DNA of 53,371 nucleotides from a virus. Its lineage: Duplodnaviria > Caudoviricetes. The DNA lies in the IMG/VR virus record IMGVR_UViG_3300048554_000080, positions 1 through 53,371 of that record, one strand, 5' to 3'. Positions 34,803 through 45,024 of this stretch are shown here, piece after piece (positions within the stretch are counted from its first letter, which is position 1; every line of letters starts with the position of its first letter). The translations under genes and the position numbers were made by a program. Below the pieces are notes generated by a model. The model did not search any database and had not been told where the DNA came from. It was given only the letters and a program-made list of their open reading frames with translations.

Positions 34803-37800
34803 CTATTTAGTAGTAGCGCCTTCAATTAGAGCTTCTTTTGTTTGTTGGACGGTATCCCTGCCCTCTCTCAACATACGTTCTGTATCTATGAGAAGTTCTA
34901 GCATTTCTGCGTCACTAGGCTCGTTGTCTTCGTTGTAGATTCCTACACGGAGAGCATACGTCTTTAATATCTCAGCCGCCGCCGTAGACACCTTACCGTC
35001 TTGTTCCGTTACTCTACGGGCTACTTCTAAGAAAGCATCCGGGTCAGCAAACATAACGTCAGTTACCCGGGCGACACCGTTTTTGTTAACCGCGTTGGTG
35101 ATCAATCCTGTACCAGCGGCCCTTACTCGTGCGCCTAGTCTGCTAAGAACACCAAGTGTTAATGTCACAGATTTATCAAGTGCCTGTTTAGCACCGGCTT
35201 GTAACATATTAGCGTAAGTATCAGATCCCGCGCCGATAGACTTAGCACCTTTAGCCCGAGTAATTATCCCGGTCTCATTAAGCAATGTCTTTAGGCCATT
35301 CATAAGTGCGGGTTTGTCACCAAATACTGCTTCGCCGTAAAGCAAAACATTATCTAGCTCATCACGAACAGCGGTATCTACCCCTGTCTTGAGCATTCTG
35401 TTTCCGCCTAACTCTTGTGTAGCGGCTAGGAATTTCTTTCTAAAGTGACGTGCGTATGCGGCTTGCATACCTTCTAGTAGTACCGGGTTACCGGACTCAC
35501 GGGCTGTCTTAATTAAATCCGCCAGTGGGCCTTCAAACTCTTCTGTACCGGGTACCTTTCGCATTGACTGAGGATCATTCAAGATCTTCTCAAATGCCTT
35601 AAACCCATTAATCTTAGCTTTACCATTAGGCTGGAAGAACGCGGCCAACTCGTCGTTGTAAATTCTTTCTTTAGCGGCAGTAGCGGCGTCTGTTGCCGAC
35701 TTGATCTGAGCTTCTAACTGTTCTTTGGTAAGGCTAGAATTTCGTAAGTTATCTAATAGATCATCAATACGTTTTGCTTGGTCAGGGAAGTTCTCTCGAA
35801 CCAAGGTTCCGTAGTTTGATAGAGACTCAATAATGTCTGCTGTATCAATATCTGGGATCTTAGTAGTGCCGCCAATACGGGTGGATAGTTTGCCCATGAT
35901 GTCGCCGATAATATAGTCGGTTACCACCCCGGCGTTACCATCCGTATCTAATAGCTTGATAATCTGTGAGCCTGACTCTCGGTTAGTATCACTCAGTGCG
36001 CTTACGACCTGTTGTCGTGCTTCTTGAGCAAACTTAGGCCCTTGTATTTCTACGCCTTCTTTAGCCATGTCTTTACTAGTTCTGCCGACAGTCTGAGCGT
36101 GGATGTTACCTACTTCCTCAAGTGCTAGTCCATCTCTCCAGTAAGGGGCATAGTTATTTGTGTAGTATTCCTTAGCGGCTACTGCGGCGTCAGCTACTTC
36201 TTCATCACCGAACTCGATAAGATCATCTACGGCCTTCGTATCGATATACGATACAAACTCTCGTAGTACTCGCCCGGCCGCGTTGTTTCCTTGTGCAAAC
36301 ATATCAGAAGCATTTTGTGCTACGGCTGGTCGGATCTCTCTGTATAGTGTCTGGAAGTCTAAGCCTTCGTTATCTATGAATCTCAACATTCTGCTACGCA
36401 TTTCGTCCGGCGTTTCTTTAACAGGGTTTCCATCAACCATCTTAGTAGTCAAAGCAACTTCGTCTAATAGACGCCCGAATATACTGTTAGGTTTTAGTTG
36501 TTCTTTAGCCGCACTAATCTGGCCGGGCTGTAGATCTACTAATACATCGATCAGTCCGTCCGGGTTAATCTCTCCACCTTTAATAGCTGTGTAGAGGCTG
36601 TTCTTTTGATCGGTCATCGTTTCATACGCACGACGTAGATTTGTCACGATACTGTCAGCGGCTTGGTTACGCCCTGCATAAATATCAAACTGTACGATAT
36701 TCTCTATCTGCTTAATCTTTTCTCCGAACGTAGGATCTTCTCGTAGTAGGGTACCGACTTGGTTATTAACCTCGTCTAGTTGTGTCTGTAGATTAGTTAC
36801 TACGCCTTCAGCATCATCAATAACCTTTTGTCCCGCACTAGCAAACCCGTCGCTAGACATATTGATGGCGTCTGTACCGCCTAATACCTCTTCAGTCTGG
36901 TTAGTGACGTTTTCTAATTCTCGGCCCGGAGTACTTACCTTTTCTATTAGTTCAGGTGAGCCACGTCCTTGTTGTACTTGTTTCTTCATCAGGCCTTGCG
37001 CTGTTGTATACAGCTTTCGCGCCGCTTCAGTATCGTCGTTTTCGAGGGCTCTCATGATTGCTGACATAGTGTCAGTGGTGTACTGGATATCTCCACCCAT
37101 CTCTTCTGGGATGTTGATAAATACTTCTTTGTTCTCTTCGACCAGCTTGAGAATGCGTTCCCTAGCTTCTTTGTCCTTAACCGGGTCGCCTGTAACTCCC
37201 GCAAATTCATCAAGAATGTCTCTTACAACCATATCCTGCGCGGTGTTAGGATTAACAGCTTTAAATATCTGCCCAAGGGTCATAGACCATGAGAATGCGG
37301 CGGCCGCTGTTATGCCTCTTACGGCACTTTCCGCTGGCCCCATTATAGCTATGGCGTCTGCTAGGATGTTAAATCGTTTGTCTAGTACTTGTTGATACTC
37401 AGGATCCTCGGGGTTTATTTCCATACCCGCCATGAAAGGCATAGCTTCTGTCCAAGCACCCCCAGTGACATCATCAATTAATGAATTATCGCCGACTGCT
37501 AATGTCTGGACATCCGAACTCATGGTACTTGCGGCACCAATTTCAAAACCGAGCATTCGGGCTAATCCACCAACATACTTAGTCTGGGCTAGTTTAGGTA
37601 GCCATGAGATAGCTTTTACGCCAAGACCACCACCGGTTAAGATACCAGCGCCTTCAGTGATAAGCGTGTCACCCAAACTATCGTCTGTGTTTATATCGGA
37701 TACGTTATCTTGGACGTATTCTACTGCGCCAATATCACGCCCACCAAAAACACCCGCTTCCGGGTTTTCAGTGTAGTATTGATCTAGTTCTGTTGGGCTC

Positions 37801-38360
37801 AAGAAGTCTAGGTCAAAGTTCCCCTCGGTATCGAATACCTGAACTGCACCTATGTTCTCTTGTACGACATCTCGTAGCTTTTCTATCCCAGCGCCGCCTA
37901 GCTCTAATACATTTTTACCCGCACGTTTTAGGCCGTACCCCACTTTGGATGTAACGGGTACACCACCATCTCCGGTGAAAAACCCTACATTAGGAGTTGG
38001 GACGATTTGGTTTTTATAAAGTAAGTTACCGGCTAAGTCATAAGACGCATCAGGGTGTTCAGCATACATTTGGTAGCGATCATTGATCTTCTTCTCAACT
38101 GAAGCTCTATCACTTAAACTAAATGCACTGCCCTCTACATCGCTGTACATACTGCTGGTAGGATCCGGCAGATCCATAGCTTGACCAAACATATCCTCAG
38201 ACACCATCTTATCGAGTATCTGGAAAGGATTATCTTCTAGAGGTAGATCAGTGTTGCTTGTTTGAACAGGCCCAGTTTCTACTGGATCACCAAAGGGGCT
38301 TAGTTCTATTTCTTCTGCTGGGTCACCAAAAGGGCTTATTTCAATTGAAGTTTGGGCCAT
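34803..38360 (-). CDS. Large internal virion (ejection) protein
   Basis: 1185 aa, helical, last gene of the late arm; N-terminal IE(I/L)SPFGDP duplication; function inferred from size and synteny. Confidence 0.65.
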   Translation of the reverse strand: MAQTSIEISPFGDPAEEIELSPFGDPVETGPVQTSNTDLPLEDNPFQILDKMVSEDMFGQAMDLPDPTSSMYSDVEGSAFSLSDRASVEKKINDRYQMYAEHPDASYDLAGNLLYKNQIVPTPNVGFFTGDGGVPVTSKVGYGLKRAGKNVLELGGAGIEKLRDVVQENIGAVQVFDTEGNFDLDFLSPTELDQYYTENPEAGVFGGRDIGAVEYVQDNVSDINTDDSLGDTLITEGAGILTGGGLGVKAISWLPKLAQTKYVGGLARMLGFEIGAASTMSSDVQTLAVGDNSLIDDVTGGAWTEAMPFMAGMEINPEDPEYQQVLDKRFNILADAIAIMGPAESAVRGITAAAAFSWSMTLGQIFKAVNPNTAQDMVVRDILDEFAGVTGDPVKDKEARERILKLVEENKEVFINIPEEMGGDIQYTTDTMSAIMRALENDDTEAARKLYTTAQGLMKKQVQQGRGSPELIEKVSTPGRELENVTNQTEEVLGGTDAINMSSDGFASAGQKVIDDAEGVVTNLQTQLDEVNNQVGTLLREDPTFGEKIKQIENIVQFDIYAGRNQAADSIVTNLRRAYETMTDQKNSLYTAIKGGEINPDGLIDVLVDLQPGQISAAKEQLKPNSIFGRLLDEVALTTKMVDGNPVKETPDEMRSRMLRFIDNEGLDFQTLYREIRPAVAQNASDMFAQGNNAAGRVLREFVSYIDTKAVDDLIEFGDEEVADAAVAAKEYYTNNYAPYWRDGLALEEVGNIHAQTVGRTSKDMAKEGVEIQGPKFAQEARQQVVSALSDTNRESGSQIIKLLDTDGNAGVVTDYIIGDIMGKLSTRIGGTTKIPDIDTADIIESLSNYGTLVRENFPDQAKRIDDLLDNLRNSSLTKEQLEAQIKSATDAATAAKERIYNDELAAFFQPNGKAKINGFKAFEKILNDPQSMRKVPGTEEFEGPLADLIKTARESGNPVLLEGMQAAYARHFRKKFLAATQELGGNRMLKTGVDTAVRDELDNVLLYGEAVFGDKPALMNGLKTLLNETGIITRAKGAKSIGAGSDTYANMLQAGAKQALDKSVTLTLGVLSRLGARVRAAGTGLITNAVNKNGVARVTDVMFADPDAFLEVARRVTEQDGKVSTAAAEILKTYALRVGIYNEDNEPSDAEMLELLIDTERMLREGRDTVQQTKEALIEGATTK

Positions 38361-38367
38361 TATTATC

Positions 38368-40803
38368 TCACGGTTTTGTAGTAAATTTTATCTGGCCATC
38401 AGCGCCAATAAATTGATATCTAGTCCCCGAAGGTAAGTTATCGTAGTCCTTTTGTGTTTTTGGGAAAGCTACTGATACTTCTGTTTTATCTTCACCAAAC
38501 GTGTAGTTACCCGCCAGTATTTCAAAGCCTCTCTGTAGACGCGGATCCATCTCCGCATTCTCTTCAGTTAGACTACTCCATTCTGTAACAGGGCTGTTGC
38601 CTGAATAAGGATCGTACCCATATCTGTTCTTGAAGTTGACGCGACCACGGTCATTTTGAAGTAGGCTTGCATCATCTTGCAGGGTATCAATACGCCCCTG
38701 TACATACTTGCCTAGCTCAGTAACAAAGGTCTGACCATCCTTAGAGGCGTTAACAACTTCTTTCAAACGATCAAAGTCTTTGTTTGACATAGCCATGCCT
38801 GTTTGACCTTCTAGGCCACCGGCGCGGAATGCCATTAAGATTAGCTTGGCGTTAAACGCCGCTTTCTTCTTCGCTAGATCTTCAACATTATCTCCTAAAG
38901 TAAGGGTATCTATGCTTGCCGCTTGCTCAAGTGATTGTCCTTGAGCCAATATTCCTTGTTGTTGAAGGCGTCTTTCGACCATTTCTGGGGTAATTTCTTC
39001 TGGCATTTCCCCATTTTGGTTGGCTTCAAACACACTTCCGATAAGGCCCAGACCATTTTTAACTTCTTTAAGGACGTTAGATGCAGTTTTTGCCGCTCCA
39101 CTTGTAGCAAATAGTACACGATCATCCTGTATGACCATGTCTGCTAGTTCACCATACAAACGCATAGCGCCGGTAGCAGTTACAAAATTAGCATCATAGG
39201 CTTTAACTCGGGTGCTAATAGCATTTATTACTTTTTCCCTAGCTTCATCTTCGTCTGCCAGCACTACCCGGAAGCCTGAACCGACACTTGATCCATACCC
39301 GTCTATGTAGGTAGTGTTACCGTCTGCGTCAAATTGTGGTGTAGCTGACGTTACAAATTCTGAAGTACCATCATCATTGATTTTCACCAACGACACCCGC
39401 TCGCCAGCATTTGCTTCGACTTGCTCTTTCAGTGCCATAGCGGAAATTGCGCCGTTTGCCGCACGAAGAGCATTGTCCTTAGCTTCTTGGCTTGCAGTAG
39501 GATCATTTTTCAGTTGGTAATAAGTATTCCACGCGGACTCAAAGTCCAGAGGCTGTTCGCTTGGGTTAACACGCTTATAGATCTCCATAAACGTAGGCAA
39601 AGTGTTGTTCTTAAAGTTTTGAAACGCCAATTTGTCATCTTCTGTAGCGTTCTCACCATTAGCGGCTAGACTCAGTCTTACATATTCAGACTGTATATAT
39701 TTCTTGTCTATTTGATCTGGGTAGGCATCATCAATTTCTTCTAGGCGTGTGAGAAGTGCATCGACTGCTTCAGTATCCCCCGCCTGTCTTGCGGCGAATA
39801 TCATAGCCCGAGTTTTTTCTGGGGACACCGCTTGTTCAAACTTCCTGTAATTAGGTACATCTTCCGGGTCTATATTCTTAGGATCTGCCATCCAGTTTTC
39901 AATAGTCGTAGCTACCTCAGTGTATCCTGAAACTTGTGCGGCGAGTAATCTCCCCGGTGCATTCTTAGATGTCAGGGTACTGTGGTCTTGGAAATCGGCA
40001 GTTTCATTTTTCATTAGCTGGCCTAAGTTTAGGATAGCTTCTGATTGAGTCTCGTCTTTATTCTTTTTAGCCTCGGCGGCCATAGCAATATAATTAGTTA
40101 CAGTTATATTGGCGAAACTTTTCCACTTAGGTTGCTTGGAAGGATCTTTATTAGCAGAGTAAACATACGATATGTCTGGTGTCTGTGACTGATACCCACT
40201 TAGTATCCTGTCGTATTCAGATTGCTCGACTTCTAGCTTACTCAGTGTTTCTGCTAATACTCTTTCTTCACGTTTTTTGTTTTGTTTGTCTTTATCAAAA
40301 GCGTCAGAAAGGAACCCGCCCATTCTTTGGAATACATTCTGAGCCGGGGTATCTACTTTGCCCGGGGTAGTATTCGTTGTCAGTGGAGGATCTTCTTGTA
40401 GAAGAGCATCCGTCTGGTTGGCTGTTGAAGAGTCTACTTGAGTTTCAGTAGTTACTACAGATGGTTGGTTATTCTTAATTGGCGTGTATATGCCGTTCGC
40501 TATTTTAGCGTCTATCTGATTAGGCGTCATACCCGCTTTAAAATCCGTGTACAGGTTTCCCCAGACATCCGGGGGTAGTCCGTTTGCCTCTGCATATTTC
40601 TTAGCTAAGTCAACAGTAGCATTATCAGCCGTAGCCGCTTTGTTGTAATCATCTTGTTTATTAACAAACCGTTGCAAATTAAATTTAACAAGATCTGCGT
40701 CTTCACGCTGTTGTTGTTGTTTGCCAGCTACAAATGTACCAGCAAAACCTTGTGCGAATCCTGCCGCAAAACTTGCTCCCGGAGAAGGGCCCCAATCACT
40801 CAT
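38368..40803 (-). CDS. Internal virion protein
   Basis: 811 aa; SFAAGFAQGFAG N-terminus, AMSNKD and C-terminal YDNLPSGTRY...DG motif. Confidence 0.65.
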   Translation of the reverse strand: MSDWGPSPGASFAAGFAQGFAGTFVAGKQQQQREDADLVKFNLQRFVNKQDDYNKAATADNATVDLAKKYAEANGLPPDVWGNLYTDFKAGMTPNQIDAKIANGIYTPIKNNQPSVVTTETQVDSSTANQTDALLQEDPPLTTNTTPGKVDTPAQNVFQRMGGFLSDAFDKDKQNKKREERVLAETLSKLEVEQSEYDRILSGYQSQTPDISYVYSANKDPSKQPKWKSFANITVTNYIAMAAEAKKNKDETQSEAILNLGQLMKNETADFQDHSTLTSKNAPGRLLAAQVSGYTEVATTIENWMADPKNIDPEDVPNYRKFEQAVSPEKTRAMIFAARQAGDTEAVDALLTRLEEIDDAYPDQIDKKYIQSEYVRLSLAANGENATEDDKLAFQNFKNNTLPTFMEIYKRVNPSEQPLDFESAWNTYYQLKNDPTASQEAKDNALRAANGAISAMALKEQVEANAGERVSLVKINDDGTSEFVTSATPQFDADGNTTYIDGYGSSVGSGFRVVLADEDEAREKVINAISTRVKAYDANFVTATGAMRLYGELADMVIQDDRVLFATSGAAKTASNVLKEVKNGLGLIGSVFEANQNGEMPEEITPEMVERRLQQQGILAQGQSLEQAASIDTLTLGDNVEDLAKKKAAFNAKLILMAFRAGGLEGQTGMAMSNKDFDRLKEVVNASKDGQTFVTELGKYVQGRIDTLQDDASLLQNDRGRVNFKNRYGYDPYSGNSPVTEWSSLTEENAEMDPRLQRGFEILAGNYTFGEDKTEVSVAFPKTQKDYDNLPSGTRYQFIGADGQIKFTTKP

Positions 40804-41338
40804 CTTCTAATTCCTCCTGTTGTTCTTCATCTTCGTACCCCAACATGGAGTTTTGTTCCTCTTCGGGTGCTATAGACATAAAACCTTCTGGTGTTTCTTC
40901 TTCTTCCACTTCTTCTTCTGTAACAGGTGTCATTTCTACGGTTGGGTCACCGCTTAATTCTCTAAGTGTTTGGGCACTCGTAACTGAAACTTCTTCATCA
41001 ATTCCAATTTCATATGACACACCGTAGGCCTTAGCCATAATCATAAGAAGACGAGCAATAGGCCCGGCTGATAGTATGCCTAAATCAGGCGACCACTTAC
41101 CGCGTCCAATGCCTTTGGTTACAATAAAATCGGTAACAAGAGTTACTGGAACTCCCGCACCGAGCATAGAAATATACCTAAACCCATCTGGGCTATCATT
41201 GAGATCTCGCATGACATACTCAAGCGCCTGATCCATTTCAGTAATATCAGGTGGTCGATGCCACGGATAATTTCGGGTGTCGCTAGTGTAGTTAGCCCCG
41301 GGTATTGCCGCTGTTGGCGTTTGAGGATTACTCTTCAT
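40796..41338 (-). CDS. Conserved virion-module protein
   Basis: AAIPGANYT...NYPWHRPP...GKWSPDL. Confidence 0.7.
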   Translation of the reverse strand: MKSNPQTPTAAIPGANYTSDTRNYPWHRPPDITEMDQALEYVMRDLNDSPDGFRYISMLGAGVPVTLVTDFIVTKGIGRGKWSPDLGILSAGPIARLLMIMAKAYGVSYEIGIDEEVSVTSAQTLRELSGDPTVEMTPVTEEEVEEEETPEGFMSIAPEEEQNSMLGYEDEEQQEELEDE

Positions 41339-41504
41339 CTAACACCTCTTCTATTTTTTCTGGGTTTTCCGTTATCTCTTTTTCTAATTCGTCGAAGTAC
41401 TCAGGGGTGTATTTCGTCTCTTTCGAGGCTTCCATAAGCTCCTTGGGCATGTCGCCTTCAAGGTAGGCTTTAACGGATTTAACTATTGCTTCCTCAAATG
41501 TCAT
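41328..41504 (-). CDS. Small acidic protein (58 aa), below ORF-track cutoff
   Basis: ATGA overlap; MTFEEAIVKSVKAYLEGDMPKELMEASKETKYTPEYFDELEKEITENPEKIEEVLDEE; fills the gap exactly. Confidence 0.7.
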   Translation of the reverse strand: MTFEEAIVKSVKAYLEGDMPKELMEASKETKYTPEYFDELEKEITENPEKIEEVLDEE

Positions 41505-43423
41505 TGCTCGATACCTCTGTAATCAACTTTCAAATACCCCTCTTTGTCTGCGTAGACGCTCTCTGGTTTAACTTGCATAACCTGTTGCGCTATGACGCCG
41601 GTTGTAGGCCCTTTGTCCCATCCCCGTGCCTTAGCCGCGTCTGCCCACTCCCAGCTATATAGTTTAACCCCGTTGGCTAACTCTGCTTTCTCGACTACGT
41701 TTTTCTTCATACGGGAGTCAGAAGTCATGATCATTGCACCGGCAATAGATCCGATTGCGCTACCCAGACCACCAAATAGGCCTGACTTCTTCTGGGCTTT
41801 AGCTTGTGCTTTAGCCGCCTCTAACTGCATCTTAGCCATTTCTATATTGGCTTCACGGTCTAAGGCGTTCTCACCTTCTCTCCATGCATAATCTAAGAGT
41901 GAATCTGTACGATCCCATAACTGGTTCATTACTTCGGAGCTAAGGTTTAAGATGTTCTTTACGTCAGTAGCGGCCGCATTAAAGGCCATTTCAGTTTCAG
42001 TAAGAGTTACAGTCTGACGCCATTGTGCGTTAGCCGCGTCTACTTGGTACTGCATATCAAGGTAGAATTGTTCTCTGCTATTTTCTAGCTGGGCGTTAAA
42101 TTGACTCATGTCGTTACGCTCACCAGCATTAAACATGCTCATCTGGTTAACTTGCCCGGTGTTGTACATGTCTATCTGTGCGCCGAGATTGTCGTAAAAC
42201 TTATCCATCTCGTTCTGTTGTTCGGAGTTAAACCGACGTGCTACGTTTGTTTGGTTCGCATCTTCTAAAATTGATTGAACCATTGACTGTGAGTTAATGA
42301 TCGCAGTCTGTTGTTCGTTAGCTAGGTTAGCCATGTCGTACTGCATAAACGTCTTAGCGTTGTTAACTGCCAAGGAGGTACGAACATCTAAGTTAGCTAG
42401 TTCCATCTTCGACAAGACATTAGCCTTGTTGATGATCATCTGTTGTTTGTTATCTAAATTCTTTACTGTCAGTGTTTGGTAGAACTGACTGTCCGCTTGA
42501 GCGATAGGCAGAGTCGCCTCAATCATAGCCTGTGCTAATGCACCGGTTGCGGCCGTACCTGTAATGCCTTTAAACGCAATAGAACGCGATACGTTACGCG
42601 CTATGCCAGCGGCCCATGTAGGTATTTTGGGCTCACCTGTTACCGGGTCTACAAACTCCCCGGTTAGAATTTCTAATTGGCCTTTTACTGTAGCCTTAGA
42701 ATCTAGGTAGTTTCCTTCTCCAAGAGACTGGGCAAGTAATTTACCCGCGACTGTACTGGTATCAATTACGTTACTGATGTTTTGGTGGGCAAATGAATTA
42801 AGTGCTAGGCCTGTCTCGTTAACAGATCCGTCTTCGTTAACTCCTGTCGCTAATCCTTGCTGGTCTAAGACGATGCCTTCTGGGTCTACGATAGCATCTT
42901 CGTTTGTTTCCATCGTAGCGGCATCAGCCAGATTGTTTGCTACCTGATCTGATGTAGTAGCCGCATCATATGTGCTTGCTGAACTTGGGGGTACTACTCG
43001 GGACGCCGTGTCTACGGCTCCTGTTGCTACAGCCTGATTAAGGCCGTCAGCATCCATGTTATAGTCACTACCATCTAGATTAGTTCCTTCTTCATTAGGG
43101 TCGATATCAGGTACTTGATCCGATAAATTAGCGCCCTGTCCATCAATAAATGCGCTTGTATCGTTAGCAATGCTAGTGGTCATATCAGTAACATTGGTGT
43201 TACCAACGTAATCTGAATTACTGGCTACAGAAGAGTTGTTAACCGCGAAGTTACCGGCCGGGGTATTTGCCTCCGTCCCGGTGTTACCATTAGTAACCGC
43301 GCCCTGACCCCCACTAGGGCCCCCGGGCATAACGGTAGTAGTATCCTGCGCTATACTCATATCTTCCGGTACAGCATTAGGATTACCAATTATCGCAGGT
43401 TTTACTTGGGTAGTTTCACTCAT
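41501..43423 (-). CDS. Internal virion/pilot-like protein with C-terminal peptidase S74 (intramolecular chaperone) domain
   Basis: Q/N-rich coiled coil, Gly-rich hydrophobic helix, then SDSRMKKNV...YSWEW...GVIAQQV...GYLKVDY. Confidence 0.75.
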   Translation of the reverse strand: MSETTQVKPAIIGNPNAVPEDMSIAQDTTTVMPGGPSGGQGAVTNGNTGTEANTPAGNFAVNNSSVASNSDYVGNTNVTDMTTSIANDTSAFIDGQGANLSDQVPDIDPNEEGTNLDGSDYNMDADGLNQAVATGAVDTASRVVPPSSASTYDAATTSDQVANNLADAATMETNEDAIVDPEGIVLDQQGLATGVNEDGSVNETGLALNSFAHQNISNVIDTSTVAGKLLAQSLGEGNYLDSKATVKGQLEILTGEFVDPVTGEPKIPTWAAGIARNVSRSIAFKGITGTAATGALAQAMIEATLPIAQADSQFYQTLTVKNLDNKQQMIINKANVLSKMELANLDVRTSLAVNNAKTFMQYDMANLANEQQTAIINSQSMVQSILEDANQTNVARRFNSEQQNEMDKFYDNLGAQIDMYNTGQVNQMSMFNAGERNDMSQFNAQLENSREQFYLDMQYQVDAANAQWRQTVTLTETEMAFNAAATDVKNILNLSSEVMNQLWDRTDSLLDYAWREGENALDREANIEMAKMQLEAAKAQAKAQKKSGLFGGLGSAIGSIAGAMIMTSDSRMKKNVVEKAELANGVKLYSWEWADAAKARGWDKGPTTGVIAQQVMQVKPESVYADKEGYLKVDYRGIEQ

Positions 43424-43688
43424 TGTTTTGTTTTCTCTTCAATTCTTCGGCTTGCTCGTCACATGCTCGAATCTTGTCTCTGAGAACGATGTAATTGGAA
43501 ATGGCCTCTGAGATAGCTTGGCTATCAGCGGGTAGATCTTCAATTTCGTCTGCTAGACGATTATTAAAAGCCTCTGAATAAGTTTTAATTGAGGGGCAGT
43601 AGACTTCTACTTCAGTTTTATAGACCGTTGTCGCGCAAGCGGTCAGTAAGGTCATCCCTAGTACGAGGCTTATTGCTTTCAATTTCAT
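43416..43688 (-). CDS. o-spanin-like lipoprotein (start MKLKAI at 43688)
   Basis: Signal peptide with LTAC lipobox and later Cys residues; overlaps the 3' end of the i-spanin candidate. Confidence 0.75.
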   Translation of the reverse strand: MKLKAISLVLGMTLLTACATTVYKTEVEVYCPSIKTYSEAFNNRLADEIEDLPADSQAISEAISNYIVLRDKIRACDEQAEELKRKQNNE

Positions 43689-43872
43689 TATTAGTTGTCT
43701 CCATCTCCTTGTAAAATTCGGCCCGGTTTTCCGCCGCTTTTGCAGAGGCTTTGACTTGCTTAACCTCTTCAACTTTAGCTCCGTCTCTACGGCCGATGAT
43801 GTAAAGGATGGGTAATAAAGCGGCCACAATACCGGCCACTATGATTTTAATTTTGCTAAAAATTCCGAACAT
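43618..43872 (-). CDS. i-spanin-like protein
   Basis: N-terminal TM plus periplasmic coiled coil; downstream of the endolysin. Confidence 0.7.
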   Translation of the reverse strand: MFGIFSKIKIIVAGIVAALLPILYIIGRRDGAKVEEVKQVKASAKAAENRAEFYKEMETTNNEIESNKPRTRDDLTDRLRDNGL

Positions 43873-44018
43873 TATTTCTTCTTCTTTTTAGAGTATCCGC
43901 CTTTGGACATTTTACCGGCCTGAAGATCTTTGTACTTCTTAGGGCTGATAGTGCTTTTGCTCTTAGAGCGACTTGTCCCTGCCTTCTTACGGGCATTAAT
44001 ATTTTTCAATAAACTCAT
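43872..44018 (-). CDS. 48-aa very basic protein, below ORF-track cutoff
   Basis: MSLLKNINARKKAGTSRSKSKSTISPKKYKDLQAGKMSKGGYSKKKKK; TAATG coupling at both ends. Confidence 0.75.
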   Translation of the reverse strand: MSLLKNINARKKAGTSRSKSKSTISPKKYKDLQAGKMSKGGYSKKKKK

Positions 44019-44749
44019 TAACGAACACCTTCTTTGTTGTCCTTCATTCTAGCGTAGGTGACTAGAGCTACACCGGCCAAGGACGCGGCCAAGAAAATGT
44101 ATTTAATCGACTCTGAGTAACCTACTAAGGGCTGTAATTGCCCCGCAATCTCAGTAGCGATACCAGCACCGCCAGCTAACCCGGCCCCTGCTAGTGTTTT
44201 AGATTTCTTCAAAGGTTTTGGTGCAGTCTGTTCAGGCTTCTGGGCCATTAGATCACCACCTTCGTCCGCAAGAGGAGTGTTCATAGAGAACAGTGCCGCC
44301 TCTGCGGTACGGCGTCTTGTGAGCCCTCTGAGTGGCTTTAAGTTACCGTCTACCCTTGCCTTATTCCAGCGCATGATTTGCTCTGGTACTTCGTCATACA
44401 GGCCTTGGTTTAGCTTCTTGAGAAGCGTGGAGTTCTGGAAGTTAGCACCACCTCCGATATTAAACACGAAGGATACTAAGGCATCGAATTGTTGCTGAGA
44501 TAGAGGAACATTCACATAACGCTTAACAATAGCGCCAGCATCATTCAGATCCTCTGTTAGCAGTTTGACGCACTCTTCTTTAGAGACACGCATACCGGAC
44601 TTAACGCCCTTGCAATGTCCATAACCGATAGTCCATCGTCCCGCCGGACAGCGATAGGCTCGTACATCACCTTCTTCGGTGACTTTATGCAAGCCTTCAA
44701 ATTTTTTAACTAGGTTGATACCGTTTTGAGATACAGTGGTTGGGGTCAT
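44018..44749 (-). CDS. Endolysin, GH24 lysozyme with hydrophobic C-terminus (start MTPTTV at 44749)
   Basis: KKFEG...AYRCPAGRWTIGYGH, FDALVSFVFNIG and GLTRRRTAEAALF motifs. Confidence 0.92.
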   Translation of the reverse strand: MTPTTVSQNGINLVKKFEGLHKVTEEGDVRAYRCPAGRWTIGYGHCKGVKSGMRVSKEECVKLLTEDLNDAGAIVKRYVNVPLSQQQFDALVSFVFNIGGGANFQNSTLLKKLNQGLYDEVPEQIMRWNKARVDGNLKPLRGLTRRRTAEAALFSMNTPLADEGGDLMAQKPEQTAPKPLKKSKTLAGAGLAGGAGIATEIAGQLQPLVGYSESIKYIFLAASLAGVALVTYARMKDNKEGVR

Positions 44750-45015
44750 CTTACAATCCAAAATAAATATGAAACACCGGCTGATGCGGCGATCCAAAAT
44801 AAACGCTCCGCAAAGCGTAATGTTTGTCCATCAGTCGATACGCGGTTAGCAATATCGACCACCTTTTCCTCCAACTCGTCCTGCTTTTCTTCGTATTTGT
44901 TCATGCGATTGAACAACGTAACCATCCTCTCTTCCATTCTAGCTAGGGCTACAACTGCATCAGATAGTTTATCTAGTTTAGCCTCAATGCGACTGAGACG
45001 CTGGTTTTCGTCCAT
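44746..45015 (-). CDS. Coiled-coil protein with C-terminal TM (holin candidate)
   Basis: RLSRIEAKLDKL...ARMEER; hydrophobic C-terminus; coupled to the endolysin. Confidence 0.6.
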   Translation of the reverse strand: MDENQRLSRIEAKLDKLSDAVVALARMEERMVTLFNRMNKYEEKQDELEEKVVDIANRVSTDGQTLRFAERLFWIAASAGVSYLFWIVR

Positions 45016-45024
45016 AGTGCCCCC

